Positions 26,422 through 38,353 of a stretch of 64,000 nt of DNA are shown piece after piece (the stretch's first letter is position 1; each line of letters begins with the position of its first letter). Both the position numbers and the translations under genes were made by a program. Below the pieces are notes generated by a model, which saw only the letters and a program-made list of their open reading frames with translations, was not told the origin of the DNA and did no database searches. Location: assembly GCF_006345805.1 (NCBI RefSeq), contig NC_043001.1, positions 127,782,001 to 127,846,000 on the forward strand, read 5' to 3'. The stretch is from Octopus sinensis (Eukaryota).

Positions 26422-27100
26422 CGGTTTTTTTTGACTATTTATTAAAATTTTATGTATTGATTAAGTCTTTCCTTGTTTGTTTTGAAAAATAGTGGTTTTG
26501 TCTCTAATAATATTTTATATATATATATATATATATACATGGTGGCTGCCCCCTCGTTATCGAGTATGGCCATTGCACGAAGCTTAATCAATGTTGTTAT
26601 CGTGCAATGCCTGTGCAAGAAGATTTTTTTTTAAAGTGAGGAAAGGCTGTGCACTGAGTCAATCCCACTCACTAAACAGCAACAGCCATAATCCGAAAAG
26701 AAGAACAAGTCAACATCATCGGTAACCACTGAGCCACAGGTTTTACGTCAGAGTTATCCCAGTTATCTGAGTTACCTTCTCCTAGAAGGATGCCCTAACA
26801 AAGGCTAGGAGTTCTTCACTCCCAATGGTTTAACCACGCAATCGGGTATTCAGTCCGATTATTTCTATGTCCCCGCACATGATACAGCCTTAAGACATTT
26901 ATTGAATGGACATTGACTCTCAAGAGTTCCTCCACCCTTTGACGGGTTTTGTTTTTCATCCCGCAGGGTGTCCAATAAACACCCTCCTCACCAAGCAAGC
27001 TTGGTGGGGTTGCCAGTTTAGTCATCGACGACCCGACCATGCATCAGGTTGTACTGGGTTACATACATACGTACATACATACAAACATACATACATACAT

Positions 27101-27705
27101 AATAATAATAATAATATAATGGAAGTCTGTCGGGGTTCAACAATGATGTCAGTGACGCCGGAGGTGGGAGCAGAACCCAAAGGCGGACGTGCAGATGTGG
27201 CCATATGTTGGGCACATAACAGCAGAATTAGGGTTGGGGACCCTCACTTTTTGGGCTTGTCGCTTCTGGTCTAGGCTCTTGAGGCACTTTTCCTCGAACA
27301 GCCTAACACCCTTTTGGACAGCTGGATGCCAGGCGCCATGGTCAGAGGTAAGCGATTCTCAGCCATGGGCTCAAATGCCGCAGGCCTCAAGGGAAGTTTA
27401 CAGGCTGTCCGTGTATCGCCTCAGTGGCCTTCCAGGGTTTCTTGCTCCAGAAGCTAGCTCAGCGAAGATCATCTTTGGTAGGCGCATATCGTCCCTTCGG
27501 ACAACATGTCCAACCCACCAGAGCTGGGCCTTCATGATGAGGGTTTCGATCCTGGGCATTTTGGCTCTACGAAGCACCTCAGTGTTGGAGAATCTGTCCT
27601 CCCAGGAAATTCCCATGATTCGTCGCAAGCAGCGGAGGTGGAACTGGTCAAGTGCTCGCATTTGCCTCCTATACAGCGTCCACGTCCCACAGCCGTAGAG
27701 CATGC
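27101..27705 (-). mobile_element. RTE (BovB-like) LINE 3' fragment
   Basis: LYGCGTWTLYRRQMRALDQFHLRCLRRIMGISWED...WVGHVVR...GRPLRRYTDSL, a decayed terminal C2H2-like motif (CPTYGH...SHLRRH) and an (ATT)n tail. Confidence 0.88.
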
Positions 27706-27724
27706 ATACATAAATACATACATA

Positions 27725-27938
27725 TAAGGGGTGCTGAAAAGTTCCTAGCTTTAAGGGGATTGTGAAAGGCCTGGTTGGAGCCCAACCTTCTAGGTTCTTC
27801 TACAGGGCTGAGAAAAATTGAAGGGGTACTGCAATAGATACGTGAATCTGAGAGAGAAATATGGTGAATAATATCATAATCAACTGATCCCCTGTATTTT
27901 CTTTTAGCCATAACCAGGAACTTTTCAACACCCTTTCA
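27725..27938 (+). mobile_element. mariner deletion-derivative MITE
   Basis: TIRs AAGGGGTGCTGAAAAGTTCCTAG / ACCAGGAACTTTTCAACACCCTTTC; interior retains a decayed mariner C-terminus-like segment ending E*. Confidence 0.75.
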
Positions 27939-28620
27939 TGTGTGTGTGAGTGTGTATGTATATATATATATTTTTATATATCATGTACGTGTCTTTAGAT
28001 ATATATGTATATTATGTGTGTGTGTATATCTGTAGATGGATAGGTAGGCATATATATACATATATACACACACACGCACATGTATACATACACAATATAT
28101 GCATATGCATGTATCAGTACTCATATTTTCTATTCTTTCACTCCTTTGTCCTGATTCTCTCACTACCATCATCTTCTATTCTATTCACATTATTAGTAAT
28201 GTTTGCCTTAAACAGAGACAAAAAAGCCTCTTTCATTTTGCAAAGGGACATGCTACTTTTCTGGTGCAGATTCCACAATAATATGCATCCAGTAAAGTGG
28301 TTGAAGAATGAAGCAATGAAGTAGGTTGGATAAGACACCACAGTATTGTTCAGGGTTACGACAACATTTTTCAGTGCTGGTACCATGTTGAAATGCATCC
28401 AGTATAATTTGTACAGTGTAAAGGGCATCCAGATATAGGAACCATGCCAAAATGGAGTACGTCTGGTCCTCCAACCTCTCTAGGAGGTAATTACAAACAA
28501 CAAGAGTGTACTTGGGTTATGACAACCTACCCAAACTATGCCAGTGTGGAATGTAGACAGCCGGTGATAATGATGCATGTGTATATTATATAATGTACAT
28601 ACACACATGAAACCTCCTCA

Positions 28621-28652
<32 letters not shown>

Positions 28653-28867
28653 ACTAAAGAATTACACAGTCATGTGTGTGCATGTCTAAAGAGGAAATAG
28701 CTAAATGAAATGACACTGTCCCCCCACTTAGTTATACATTGCACTGTTCTATCTGTATTGTTCAATTTCGCTTCCTACAAAACAAAACAAATTTATATAT
28801 ATATATATATGTATGTACGTACACACACACACACATATATATATATATACATACATACACACGCACA

Positions 28868-29260
28868 ATATCATCATTTAACATCCATTTTCAATGCTGG
28901 CAGGAGTTGGATGGTTTGATAGGTGCTGGGAAGCCAGGGGACTACACCAAGCTCCACTGTCTGTTTTGGCAAGATTTTTACACCTAGATGCTTGTCCTAA
29001 TGTCAAACCACATTACAGAGTGGACCGAGTGCTTTTTATGTGGGACCAGAACCAGCAAGGTCTGTTAGGCATAACTTTTACAGTTGGATGCCCTTCCTAA
29101 CGCCAATCACTTTACAGAGTGGACTGGGTGCTTTACACGTGGCACCAGGTCCACCGATGTCTCTTTTGGCATGGTTTTTACAGCTTGATGCCTTCCTAAT
29201 GCCAACCATTTTACAGAGTGGACTGGGTGTTTTTTACATGGAACAAGCACCTGTGATGTT
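28868..29260 (-). mobile_element. RTE-family 3'UTR fragment with three internal repeats
   Basis: Repeated GGATGCC(C)TTCCTAA..CCAACCA...AGAGTGGACTGGGTGC..TTTAC.TGG block. Confidence 0.7.
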
Positions 29261-29623
29261 TACATACATACATATATATATTATACATATATTCATATAG
29301 GTACAAGCATGGCTGTGTGAAAAGAAGGTTCTTCCCCAACCACATGGTTCCTGGTTCAGTCGCTTTGTGTGGCACTTTGGGCCAGTGTCTTCTACTATAA
29401 CCTCAGGCTGATCAAAGCCACATGAGTGAATATATATATAGACATGAGTATCTTTGTCCCTCATTCAGCTTGACAACAAGTGCATATGTGTTTATGTCCC
29501 TGTAATTTAGCAGTTCAACAGCAAAGGCGATAGAGTGAGTACCAAGCTTAAAAAAAAGTCTAAGTACTGAGATTGATATCTTTGACTAAAATTCTTCAAG
29601 GCAGTGCCCAGCATGACCACAGT

Positions 29624-29662
<39 letters not shown>

Positions 29663-30314
29663 GGTTCAGATATAGCTGAGTGATGAAGACGCTTGCTTCC
29701 TAACCATGTGGTTTAGCCCTTGGCCAACCAAAGCCTTGTGAATTTTGTAAACAGGAACTGATAGAAGCACATCATATATACACATCGCGAAAGACTAGAA
29801 ACAAGCAACAATGCTTGTATGACAGTAATTCTCTTGTGCAACCATCATGTGATGTCAAAACAAGAGTACATACACACACATGTACAACAGGCTTCTTCCA
29901 GTTTCCATCTACCAAATCTACTCTCAAGGCTTTGCTCAACCTGAGGCTAGAGAGGACAATTTGATATTTTAATACACCTTACCTAAACAAGCGCAAAGTA
30001 ATTAAGTACATATCAGGGTTGCTAAATGTTTCTCAATGATCTTAATGATAATTCTCTCAAACCTGTAAAATCAACATTTATGATGTTGGCAAGACTTGTC
30101 TGGATCTATGACGGCATATTTCCACATGGTCAAGCAATGCATTATCTTGCCTCAGATGCAACCTCACCATTTGTCTTCATCTTTGTTAATGGTTGATGGT
30201 CATTATTGATGTTTAGCCCCAGGTCAGTCATGATCAAACAAGACCTATAATCAAATGTATTCAAGTATTGACTTTCCTCCCTTTATATTGTAACACAAAT
30301 ATATAACTATTTCG

Positions 30315-30647
30315 GAGAACCCCTTCAGTCACGAATGACCATGGGATTGCACCTAGAAAGTTAACCTCCAAGGCACAAGTCCGGGCAAGGTTGATTATGG
30401 AAGACCAGTAGTCACCCATGCATACCAGCCTCCCCTCTCCACGCCACTGATGTTATCCAAGGGAAAGGCAAGGGCCGATACAGCTTGGCACCTGTGATGT
30501 CGCAACTCATTTCTACAGCTGAGTAAACTGGAGCAATATAAAATAAAGTGTCTTGCTCAAGAACACAACACGCAGCCCGGTCTGGGATTTGAACTCACAA
30601 CCTCACGGTTGTAAATTCAACGCTCTAACCACTGAGCCATGTGCCTT
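30315..30647 (-). mobile_element. tRNA SINE of a fourth family (TTGAGCAAGACACTT core)
   Basis: Matches 50836-51162 in reverse; flanking direct repeat TATAACTAT. Confidence 0.75.
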
Positions 30648-31076
30648 CACTATCTATAACTATACTGACTACATTAATGTATTCTTCCATTTTTAAGTCA
30701 ATGAGGTATAATTTAAGGGAGATTCAGCTGCTATTTTTAGCTGGGTTTTTTTATTGGTTCCTAACGATGATAGTTGATGACAGTTGGAAGGGTGCTTGAA
30801 CCAAACCTTCCCTACTGTACATAATATGAAAAATATATCTGTCAATCATTCAGTGAAAAAAATTTAGCTCTCTTGTGTGTTTAATCTTACAGACTATTAT
30901 ATGATCATAAATATCAGTTACAGCTGGGAGAACAGATTGTGTACCAAAAATGTTTACATAATTATGTGAGAAAATTCACTTGTTGGAAAGATGTGTTTCA
31001 TGTTTCACTTTAGGGTTTCAGCACAGAAACAAGTGTGTATAGCAATGTTCCTACCTCTCAGATATATGGTTTAACC

Positions 31077-31697
31077 CTTTAGCATTTAAACCAGCCATAT
31101 CCAGCCCAAATATTCTACCTGCTTTGTGCTCATACTGGCTAGAAATGGCCTCTCACAATCATCATCATCATCATCATCGTTTAACATCCGTTCTCCATGC
31201 TAGCATGGGTTGGACGGTTCGACCGGGGATCTGGGAAGCCAGAAGGCTGCACCAGGCTCTGGTCTTATCTGGCAATGTTTCTACAGCTGGATGCCCTTCC
31301 TAACGCCAACCACTCCGTGAGTGTAGTGGGTGCTTTTTACGTGCCACCTGCACTGGTGCCAGGCGAGGCTGGCATCGGCCACGGTCGAATTGGTGCATTT
31401 TACGTGCCACCTGCACGGAAGCCAGTCGAGGCGGCACTGGCTTCGGCCACGATTCGGATGGTGCTTTTTACGTGCCACCGACACGGAAGCCAGTCGAGGC
31501 GGCGCTGGCATCGGCCACGATTCGGATAGTGCTTTCAAAATGTCATTCCAAAAATAGATAATCACAAAATGTCATTCCAAAAATAGATAATCACATTATT
31601 GAAGTCTCAAAGCTACAAGACAATGCAAGATTAATTCAATATGATGTGAATAAATAAGCATTAGATTTGATAAGGTAATATGAATGTTAAAGGATTG
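31077..31697. mobile_element. piggyBac-like MITE interrupted by an RTE 3'UTR copy (31157-31536)
   Basis: TTAA|CCCTTTAGCATT left end, decayed AATGTTAAAGGA right end. The inserted segment has a (CAT)n tail and is nearly identical to 35785-36139. Confidence 0.65.
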
Positions 31698-32084
31698 ACC
31701 TTCAACAAAATACCGAAAGAGATGTCAAACTCAGAGGGAATACATAAAGGTAATGAGTATCCAACCAAGCACTGTTAGCTCTATATCACATTGTTACTTT
31801 ATCACACAACCTTTTGACAATTGCTAGAGCCAATGACAGAACCTCTATGTGGTCACTAGACTTGTTCGAAATAGCACCCTAATCTACCTCCAATCACATC
31901 TTGCAAAAAGGACACATTGAATAACACTATTTCATCACAGTTATGCTTAATCAGAGCTAACTTGGAATTGCATAACAGTAATAACACTACATTGCAATTT
32001 TTTTTTTTTTTTTATAGAATGAGAGGAGATACTTCTAGCCTTCTCAATCCTTTCTAGATTGGGATGTAAAGATAAATGGGTGCG

Positions 32085-32321
32085 TGCCAGAGGCACGTAA
32101 AAAGCACCATCCGATTGTGGCCGTTTGCCATCCTCGTCTGGCACGTAAAAAACACCCACTACACTCATGGAGTGGTTGGCGTTAGGAAGGGCATCCAGCT
32201 GTAGAAACATTGCCAGATCAGACTGGGCCTGGTGCAGCCTCCTGGCTTCCCAGACCCCAGTTGAACCGTCCAACCCATGCTAGCATGGAAAGCGGACGTT
32301 AAACGATGATGATGATGATGA
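32085..32321 (+). mobile_element. RTE-family 3'UTR fragment with (GAT)n tail
   Basis: Ends CCCATGCTAGCATGGAAAGCGGACGTTAAACGATGATGATG. Confidence 0.8.
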
Positions 32322-32958
32322 ATTCTCAAATTAGCATTTTGACAGTCAGTGTTTAAGGAAGGAAAACCTAGACAGAAAAGAAGTTTATGAGAAATGCATT
32401 TCAGAAGAGGATATAAAAATGAATATATAGTTATAGACTATATATATATAGTTATATATAGTCAGTAAGCTAAGAAGCTATATGAAAATTCACCTATCAG
32501 GCAGATGATGGTTTTTCTTTAGATGCATGTCTATTGTGTTCGCATGTATAGTACAAAGACAATTCTATTTGGGTCAGCAGTATTCCACTATAGAGTAATC
32601 ATGTGCCTTTTTTTACCATTAGCTGTTTTGGAATGAAACAACTGCAATATTTATATTTGTGATGTCACTTTTGGCTATTACCACTCCAATGTGGTCATAA
32701 TGCAAGATCGTAAGACATAATAAAACCTAGTAAGTGTAGAAAGTACACTAGCTTCAAACTACATACTATTTGTGGGTAGCAAAGAAACAGCGTTTATCAT
32801 CATCATTTAGCACCCATTTTCCATGCAGGCATGGGTTAGATGGTTAGACTGGAATGGTTGAGCCAGAGAGCTGCACCAGACTCCAGTCTGTTTTGGCTTG
32901 GTTTCTACAGCTGGATACCCTTCCTAATGCCAACCACTTCATAGAGTGTAATAGGTGT

Positions 32959-33374
32959 CTTTTACATGTCACTGGCACAGGTGCCTTTTACGTGTCACTG
33001 GCACAGGTGCCTCTTATGTGTCACCAGCAGCGGTGCCTTTTATGAGTCACCAGCATGAGTGCCTTTCATGTGTCACCAGCACAGGTGCCTTTCAAATGTC
33101 ACCAGCATGAGTGTCTTTCATATGTCATTGGCATGGGTGCCATTCACGTGTCATGGGCATAGGTGTCTCTTACAAGTCACTGGCACAGGTGCCTTTTATA
33201 TGTTACCAGCACAGGTGCCTTTCACATATCACCAGCACAGGTGCCTTTCACATATCACCAGCATGGGTGCCTTTCATGTGTCATCAGAATGGGTGCCTCT
33301 TATATGTCACCAGGATAGGTGCCTTTTACCTGTTACCAGCATAAGTGCCTTTCACATGTCACTAGCACTGGCCA
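32959..33374. repeat. 26-bp minisatellite (~16 degenerate units) inside an RTE 3'UTR copy (32797-33385)
   Basis: Unit CTTTTACATGTCACTGGCACAGGTGC. Confidence 0.85.
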
Positions 33375-33612
33375 TGACTATGGAAGGTACATATTCTTGA
33401 GAAGCATAGATTTTAAGTATTGGGGGTATCAATTAAAACTAGTTGGTATGTTCCTATTGAAGGATGTTTCTCTTTGTGTGAAGTGTGTGCATCTATTAAG
33501 AGGTGTTGAAATTTAGACTAGATTTCTTAATGAAGAAGGAAATGAGGTGTTAGTGTGGGGTCATCTGCAGTATGGTGAAGAAAGCAGAATGTACTTGTAT
33601 ACTAGGATACCT

Positions 33613-33843
33613 ATTTCTTTATTACCCTCAAGGGGCTAAACACAGAGGGGACAAACAAGGACAGACATAGGTATCAAGTCGATTACATCGACCCCAGTGC
33701 GAAACTGGTACTTAATTTATCAACCCTGAAAGGATGAAAGGCAAAGTTGAACTCAGTGGAATTTGAACTCACAACGTAACGGCAGACGAAATACAGCTAC
33801 GCATTTCGCCCGGCGTGCTAACGTTTCTGCCAGCTCGCCGCCT
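33613..33843 (-). mobile_element. Tail-c SINE with 15-bp TSD
   Basis: TATACTAGGATACCT at 33598-33612 and 33844-33858. Confidence 0.85.
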
Positions 33844-35784
33844 TATACTAGGATACCTGTAGGAAAGGGCTTTGTCAATACAGCAACCTGACTAAACACT
33901 TCCACTCCAGGTTATTTAGAGACATATTAAGCCAGTTGGTTGCAATTTGGTGAAAAGATTCTCAGAACAGATATAATTGAGGGTAAAATCTTCACTTTCA
34001 GTAATTTTTTTTTAAAATTTTAATAGAAATTGGGTTTGAAATTGAGAAAAAGATAAAAGTTTAGAGTCTGAAGGCTAATCAAAGGCAGGGGTCAGCAAAC
34101 TTTTTGAAAAGCTGGAAGGTTTTTTTGTCTTGTGGGCTAAAGCAAATGAAACTGGAAACCATAATCATACAAAGTTGTAGAAACAACATTTTTTTTATTC
34201 ATCATCATCATCATCATCATTTAGCGTCCGCTTTCCATGCTAGCATGGGTTGGACGGTTCAACTGGGGTCTGTGAAGCCAGAAGGCTGCATCAGGCCCAG
34301 TCTGATCTGGCAGTGTTTCTACGGCTGGATGCCCTTCCTAACGCCAACCACTCCGTGAGTGTAGTGGGTGCTTTTTACGTGCCAGCCGCACAGGTGCCAG
34401 ACGGAGCTGGCAAACGGCCACGGACGGATGGTGCTTTTTATTGTTTTTCTTAAATGTCACCCATCATAAAAAAGTAATCAATCATTATACATTTGTCACA
34501 AAAATCATTATAGGTGCAGGCATGGTTGTTGTATGGTAAGAAGCTTGTTTCCCAACCACGTGGTTTCGGGTTCAGTCCCACTGCATGGCACCTTGTTCTA
34601 GTTCCTTCTACAATTGCCTGTGGATTAGGTAAACAAAAACTGGAAGAAGCTCATTGTGTGAGTGTATTTGACCCCCATCACAGTTTGACAAGCAGTGTTG
34701 GTGTGTTTACCTCTCTGTAACTTACTGGTTTGGCAAAATAGACCGATAGAATGAGTACCCGGTTTAAAACAACAAATATGTACTGTAGTTGATTCATTTG
34801 ACTAACAATTCTTCAAGGCAGTCCCACAGCATGACTGCAGTCGAATGACTGAAACAAGCAAAAGATAATGCCTTATGAGACAGTATGCAGTTAAGAGATA
34901 AAACATCTCTAGTTTCAATAAATAGGTGGCAATGTGATACCAGTCAGTTAACCTGCTTTCTTCAATAGACAAATATTTTTTGCTTCTTCTCTTAGAGACA
35001 ATTATACAAACTACGTTATGACTGTATATGAGACAGTACGTTATGACTGTATATGAGACAGTTTCCATGTTTCAGTTATCTAGGAAGGTGAAAACATTTA
35101 CTGCTTAAAATATCACACCTGGGGAAACTTTCATTTGTAACCAAGTGAAAGAAACTAAGTTGTTTTTTTGTTGTTGTTGTTTTTATCTATCTATCTATCT
35201 ATAAAATACTAAAACTCAAAGTTTGTTTTCCTGCCATTTGATTAAGATGATAAACATTACAAATAAAATAGTCATTTCCCCTTTAAGAAAAAAGAATCAA
35301 GTTGAAAATGTCAACACTTCAAAGAGTTGTCGGAACTACCACCGTCTGTCCTTTTTTTTAAATTTTTTTAATCATAGGTACTCGATTTTTTATTTTTCTC
35401 CTTACAGAAGAAAATTACTATTTTATTTAAAAGGCCTAGCAGTTGGGGGTATTTGTCTCCCCTTCATAAATATATAAGGACACAGGAAATGTGTCGAGGC
35501 CGACAGGAAGCGTCGATGCTTCCTAGGGCTAAACAGCGGTGGTGTAATTCCCTTACTGTCACGTTAAGTTGACAGTATACAACCAAAATATTAATCTTTA
35601 TCATCATAATCAAAAGGCAGAAAAAACGCAGAGAGATTATCTCTTTATAGACAAAGATCAGTTGCAACGGGAGGAGTTGGATCTCATAAGAATGGAAAAA
35701 CAAACGACAATAAATGGGTTGTACCTTATAATGAAACCCTTTTGAGAGCATTCAAATGCCACTGCAATCTTGAAATCATTGCTT

Positions 35785-36139
35785 CATCATCATCATCATC
35801 ATCATCATCGTTTAACGTCTGTTCTCCATGCTAGCATGGGTTGGACGGTTCGACCGGGGATCTGGGAAGCCAGAAGGCTGCACCAGGCTCCGGTCTTATC
35901 TGGCAATGTTTCTACAGCTGGATGCCCTTCCTAACGCCAACCACTCCGTGAGTGTAGTGGGTGCTTTTTACGTGCCACCTGCACTGATGCCAGGCGAGGC
36001 TGGCATCGGCCACGGTCGGATTGGTGCATTTTACGTGCCACATGCACGGAAGTCAGTCGAGGCGGCACTGGCTTCGGCCACGATTCGGATGGTGCCTTTT
36101 ACGTGCCACCGATACAGAAGCCAGTCGAGGCGGCGCTGG
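35785..36139 (-). mobile_element. RTE-family 3'UTR fragment nested in the Helitron Rep sequence
   Basis: (CAT)n tail; splits the Helitron peptide between EIIAS and YIIKY. Confidence 0.85.
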
Positions 36140-36614
36140 TAATTAATATATCATCAAGTACATGCTGAAAGGAAATGATCAAGTTGCTATTCAAATAAAC
36201 GATGATGAAATTAGTCAATATCTAATGGGTAAGTATAATGGACTATCCGAAGCAGTTGCATCGAGTTTAGGGTTTTCAGTTCATGAAAGAGCACCCGCAT
36301 AGTGAGACTGCAAGTTCATCTGCCAGATAGATGAACAAAGAATATTGCTTAGAAATAATGAAGGTATATATGGCTGTCAATGAACGACATATGAGAACAA
36401 CATAGGCAAAATTCTTTTCATGGTGTATCAATGATGACTTCAAAAACTACTTTATGTTGAAGTATCCATGAATTTCACTTGGAACAGTAATCAGAAAGAA
36501 TGGCAAAGAAAGCGAGGAAAAAGAGTTGAAGGCCATTTGAACATTTTTCAAGAAGAAACACTTGGTTGTGTTTATGTTGTCACACCAAAGGCAAGAGAAT
36601 TGTGTTTCAAAATA

Positions 36615-37037
36615 GGGATCTTTTCGGTTTGAACGGCAGTTTTTTAACATAATTTCTAGGTAACTAAAAAAACTCCAAACTTCGTATACTGGTAGAATGT
36701 GTTTATAAAACATCTTTTTCTCTTGGCTTTATTGAGAAAATTCTATTGTTTGTGAGATATTTGTTGTTTTTTTTTTCTCCTTCAATTTCTGCAATTTCAA
36801 CCAATCAATGACGTCCATTGAGATAATAAACATTCTGTGCCGTATGAATATGTCCCTCGTTTAAGAAACAGATTGGGTTTATTTACATTTGTGAAGAAAA
36901 AAGATACCCTTCCCCCCACCCCAACCCTAACTCTAAAACAGATTGAAATGCAATAGATCGATACTAGGGTCAAAATTATGGGTGACAATTTCATATGACA
37001 CCGCTAGAAAAACTGTCGTTGAAACCGAAAAGATCCC
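36615..37037. mobile_element. MITE with ~30-bp TIRs and a 6-bp flanking direct repeat, nested in the Helitron
   Basis: GGGATCTTTTCGGTTTGAACGGCAGTTTTT / AAAAACTGTCGTTGAAACCGAAAAGATCCC (2 mismatches); AAAATA on both sides. Confidence 0.85.
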
Positions 37038-38103
37038 AAAATAGCATTTTTTTCTTTTCCTGCCGCGCGTGGACATTTTCAACATGGAGTGGTCACGGCT
37101 GGTACATCTAGTACATACATAAAACATTAATTTGTCTGACCTCCCAGCGAAAGTAAAACTTTTGTTCTACTTTTCTATACTGAGTTTTATTGTTCGCTAA
37201 CGAAGGACAGATAAAGCAAAGAATTTTAGTATGCAATGTCATATATTCCGTGAAGTTGGGAGGGCAAGATGAAATAGAGCCACGGGTCATAGCTAGTAGA
37301 CAATTTTTGTGAAATGTGTGATTGTGTTATAGCTAATAATAAATTGCTTAAAATGAGGAAGGATTCAGGATTTAAGTCATCAGGAAGTTGAAAACTGAGA
37401 AATAAGTAAGTCAGGAAGCAAGCAGTTGAGAACATCGAACCCGCCAATGTCACAGCTTATTCCGTGTCACATTTCTTCTCTGATCAACACGAAACTGTTT
37501 TTCAAACATCAACAATCCTTATAACAGAATGCAAACACAGATCTAAATCGAGAAACAAGAAGAATTCTCATTCGCTCAGCAGATCTAAACTGATCGTGAT
37601 GAAGATTATTAAATCGATATTACCATATGTTGCTTCGTAGCGGGCGGAGGAAACGTGGACGCCTGTTGAATTGAATACACACATACACAATACATGATAG
37701 TGGGGGATAAAGGCGATGAATTTAAAAGTTTTAGTAACCATATTTTGTACTGCAACCATAGCTACAACTTACAGTCCTTATTATTATTATTATTATTAAG
37801 TTCTGGGCCATCTAGGTCGACAAAGTAAGTTGAACGACTATACCTCCCCACCAAAATTCCAGTAGAAAAAATTATTAAGTCCCGGGTCAGCTCTGAAATC
37901 GTTCCAACCGAGACCATCCTATCTTTATATCCATTCTAGGATTATATTATCTACTGTACGCTTAAAAAAAAGAAGAAGACAACTAAGTGGTTATATAAAA
38001 GGCATTGGGCTGATCTTCAAAGCAGATCGAGCGGCCGCGTAGAGGACCACTTGTTTGGCTGGTGCATATTGTTACCTGTTTGCTTACATATAGAGTAAAT
38101 ATG

Positions 38104-38162
<59 letters not shown>

Positions 38163-38309
38163 CATGTATATATATATGTGTGTGTGTGTATGGTGTGTTG
38201 TATGCGTATAAAGTATAAGTGTGTCTATGAAAATATATTTTATCCCAGCAAGTCAAATTTTTTAGAAGAAAGACTGTGACGAATCTCTCTCTCTCTCTCT
38301 CTCTCTATG

Positions 38310-38353
<44 letters not shown>

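Larger units (their letters stand above)
26110..26519. mobile_element. Penelope-like (pLTR/retrozyme-type) inverted dimer forming a palindrome
   Basis: Arms 26192-26352 and 26358-26519 (1 mismatch, 1 indel), 5-nt loop TAATT. Each arm carries a hammerhead motif; (TA)n on both flanks. Confidence 0.75.
35186..37296 (+). mobile_element. Internally deleted Helitron with Rep/helicase remnant
   Basis: A|TCTATC..TATAAAA start and GCCACGGGTCATAG-CTAG|T end. Peptides LYRQR, DNKWVVPYNETLLRAFKCHCNLEI, YIIKYMLKGND, DEISQYL, VRLQVHLP, LLYVEV..NFTWN...WQRKRG and LGCVYVVTP, with stops and frameshifts. Confidence 0.88.

Noticed and set aside
31330-31536. Direct repeats with semi-variable spacers resembling a CRISPR array
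   Set aside because: The spacers are similar to each other, the array is part of an RTE 3'UTR present in several copies, the context is eukaryotic and there are no cas genes.
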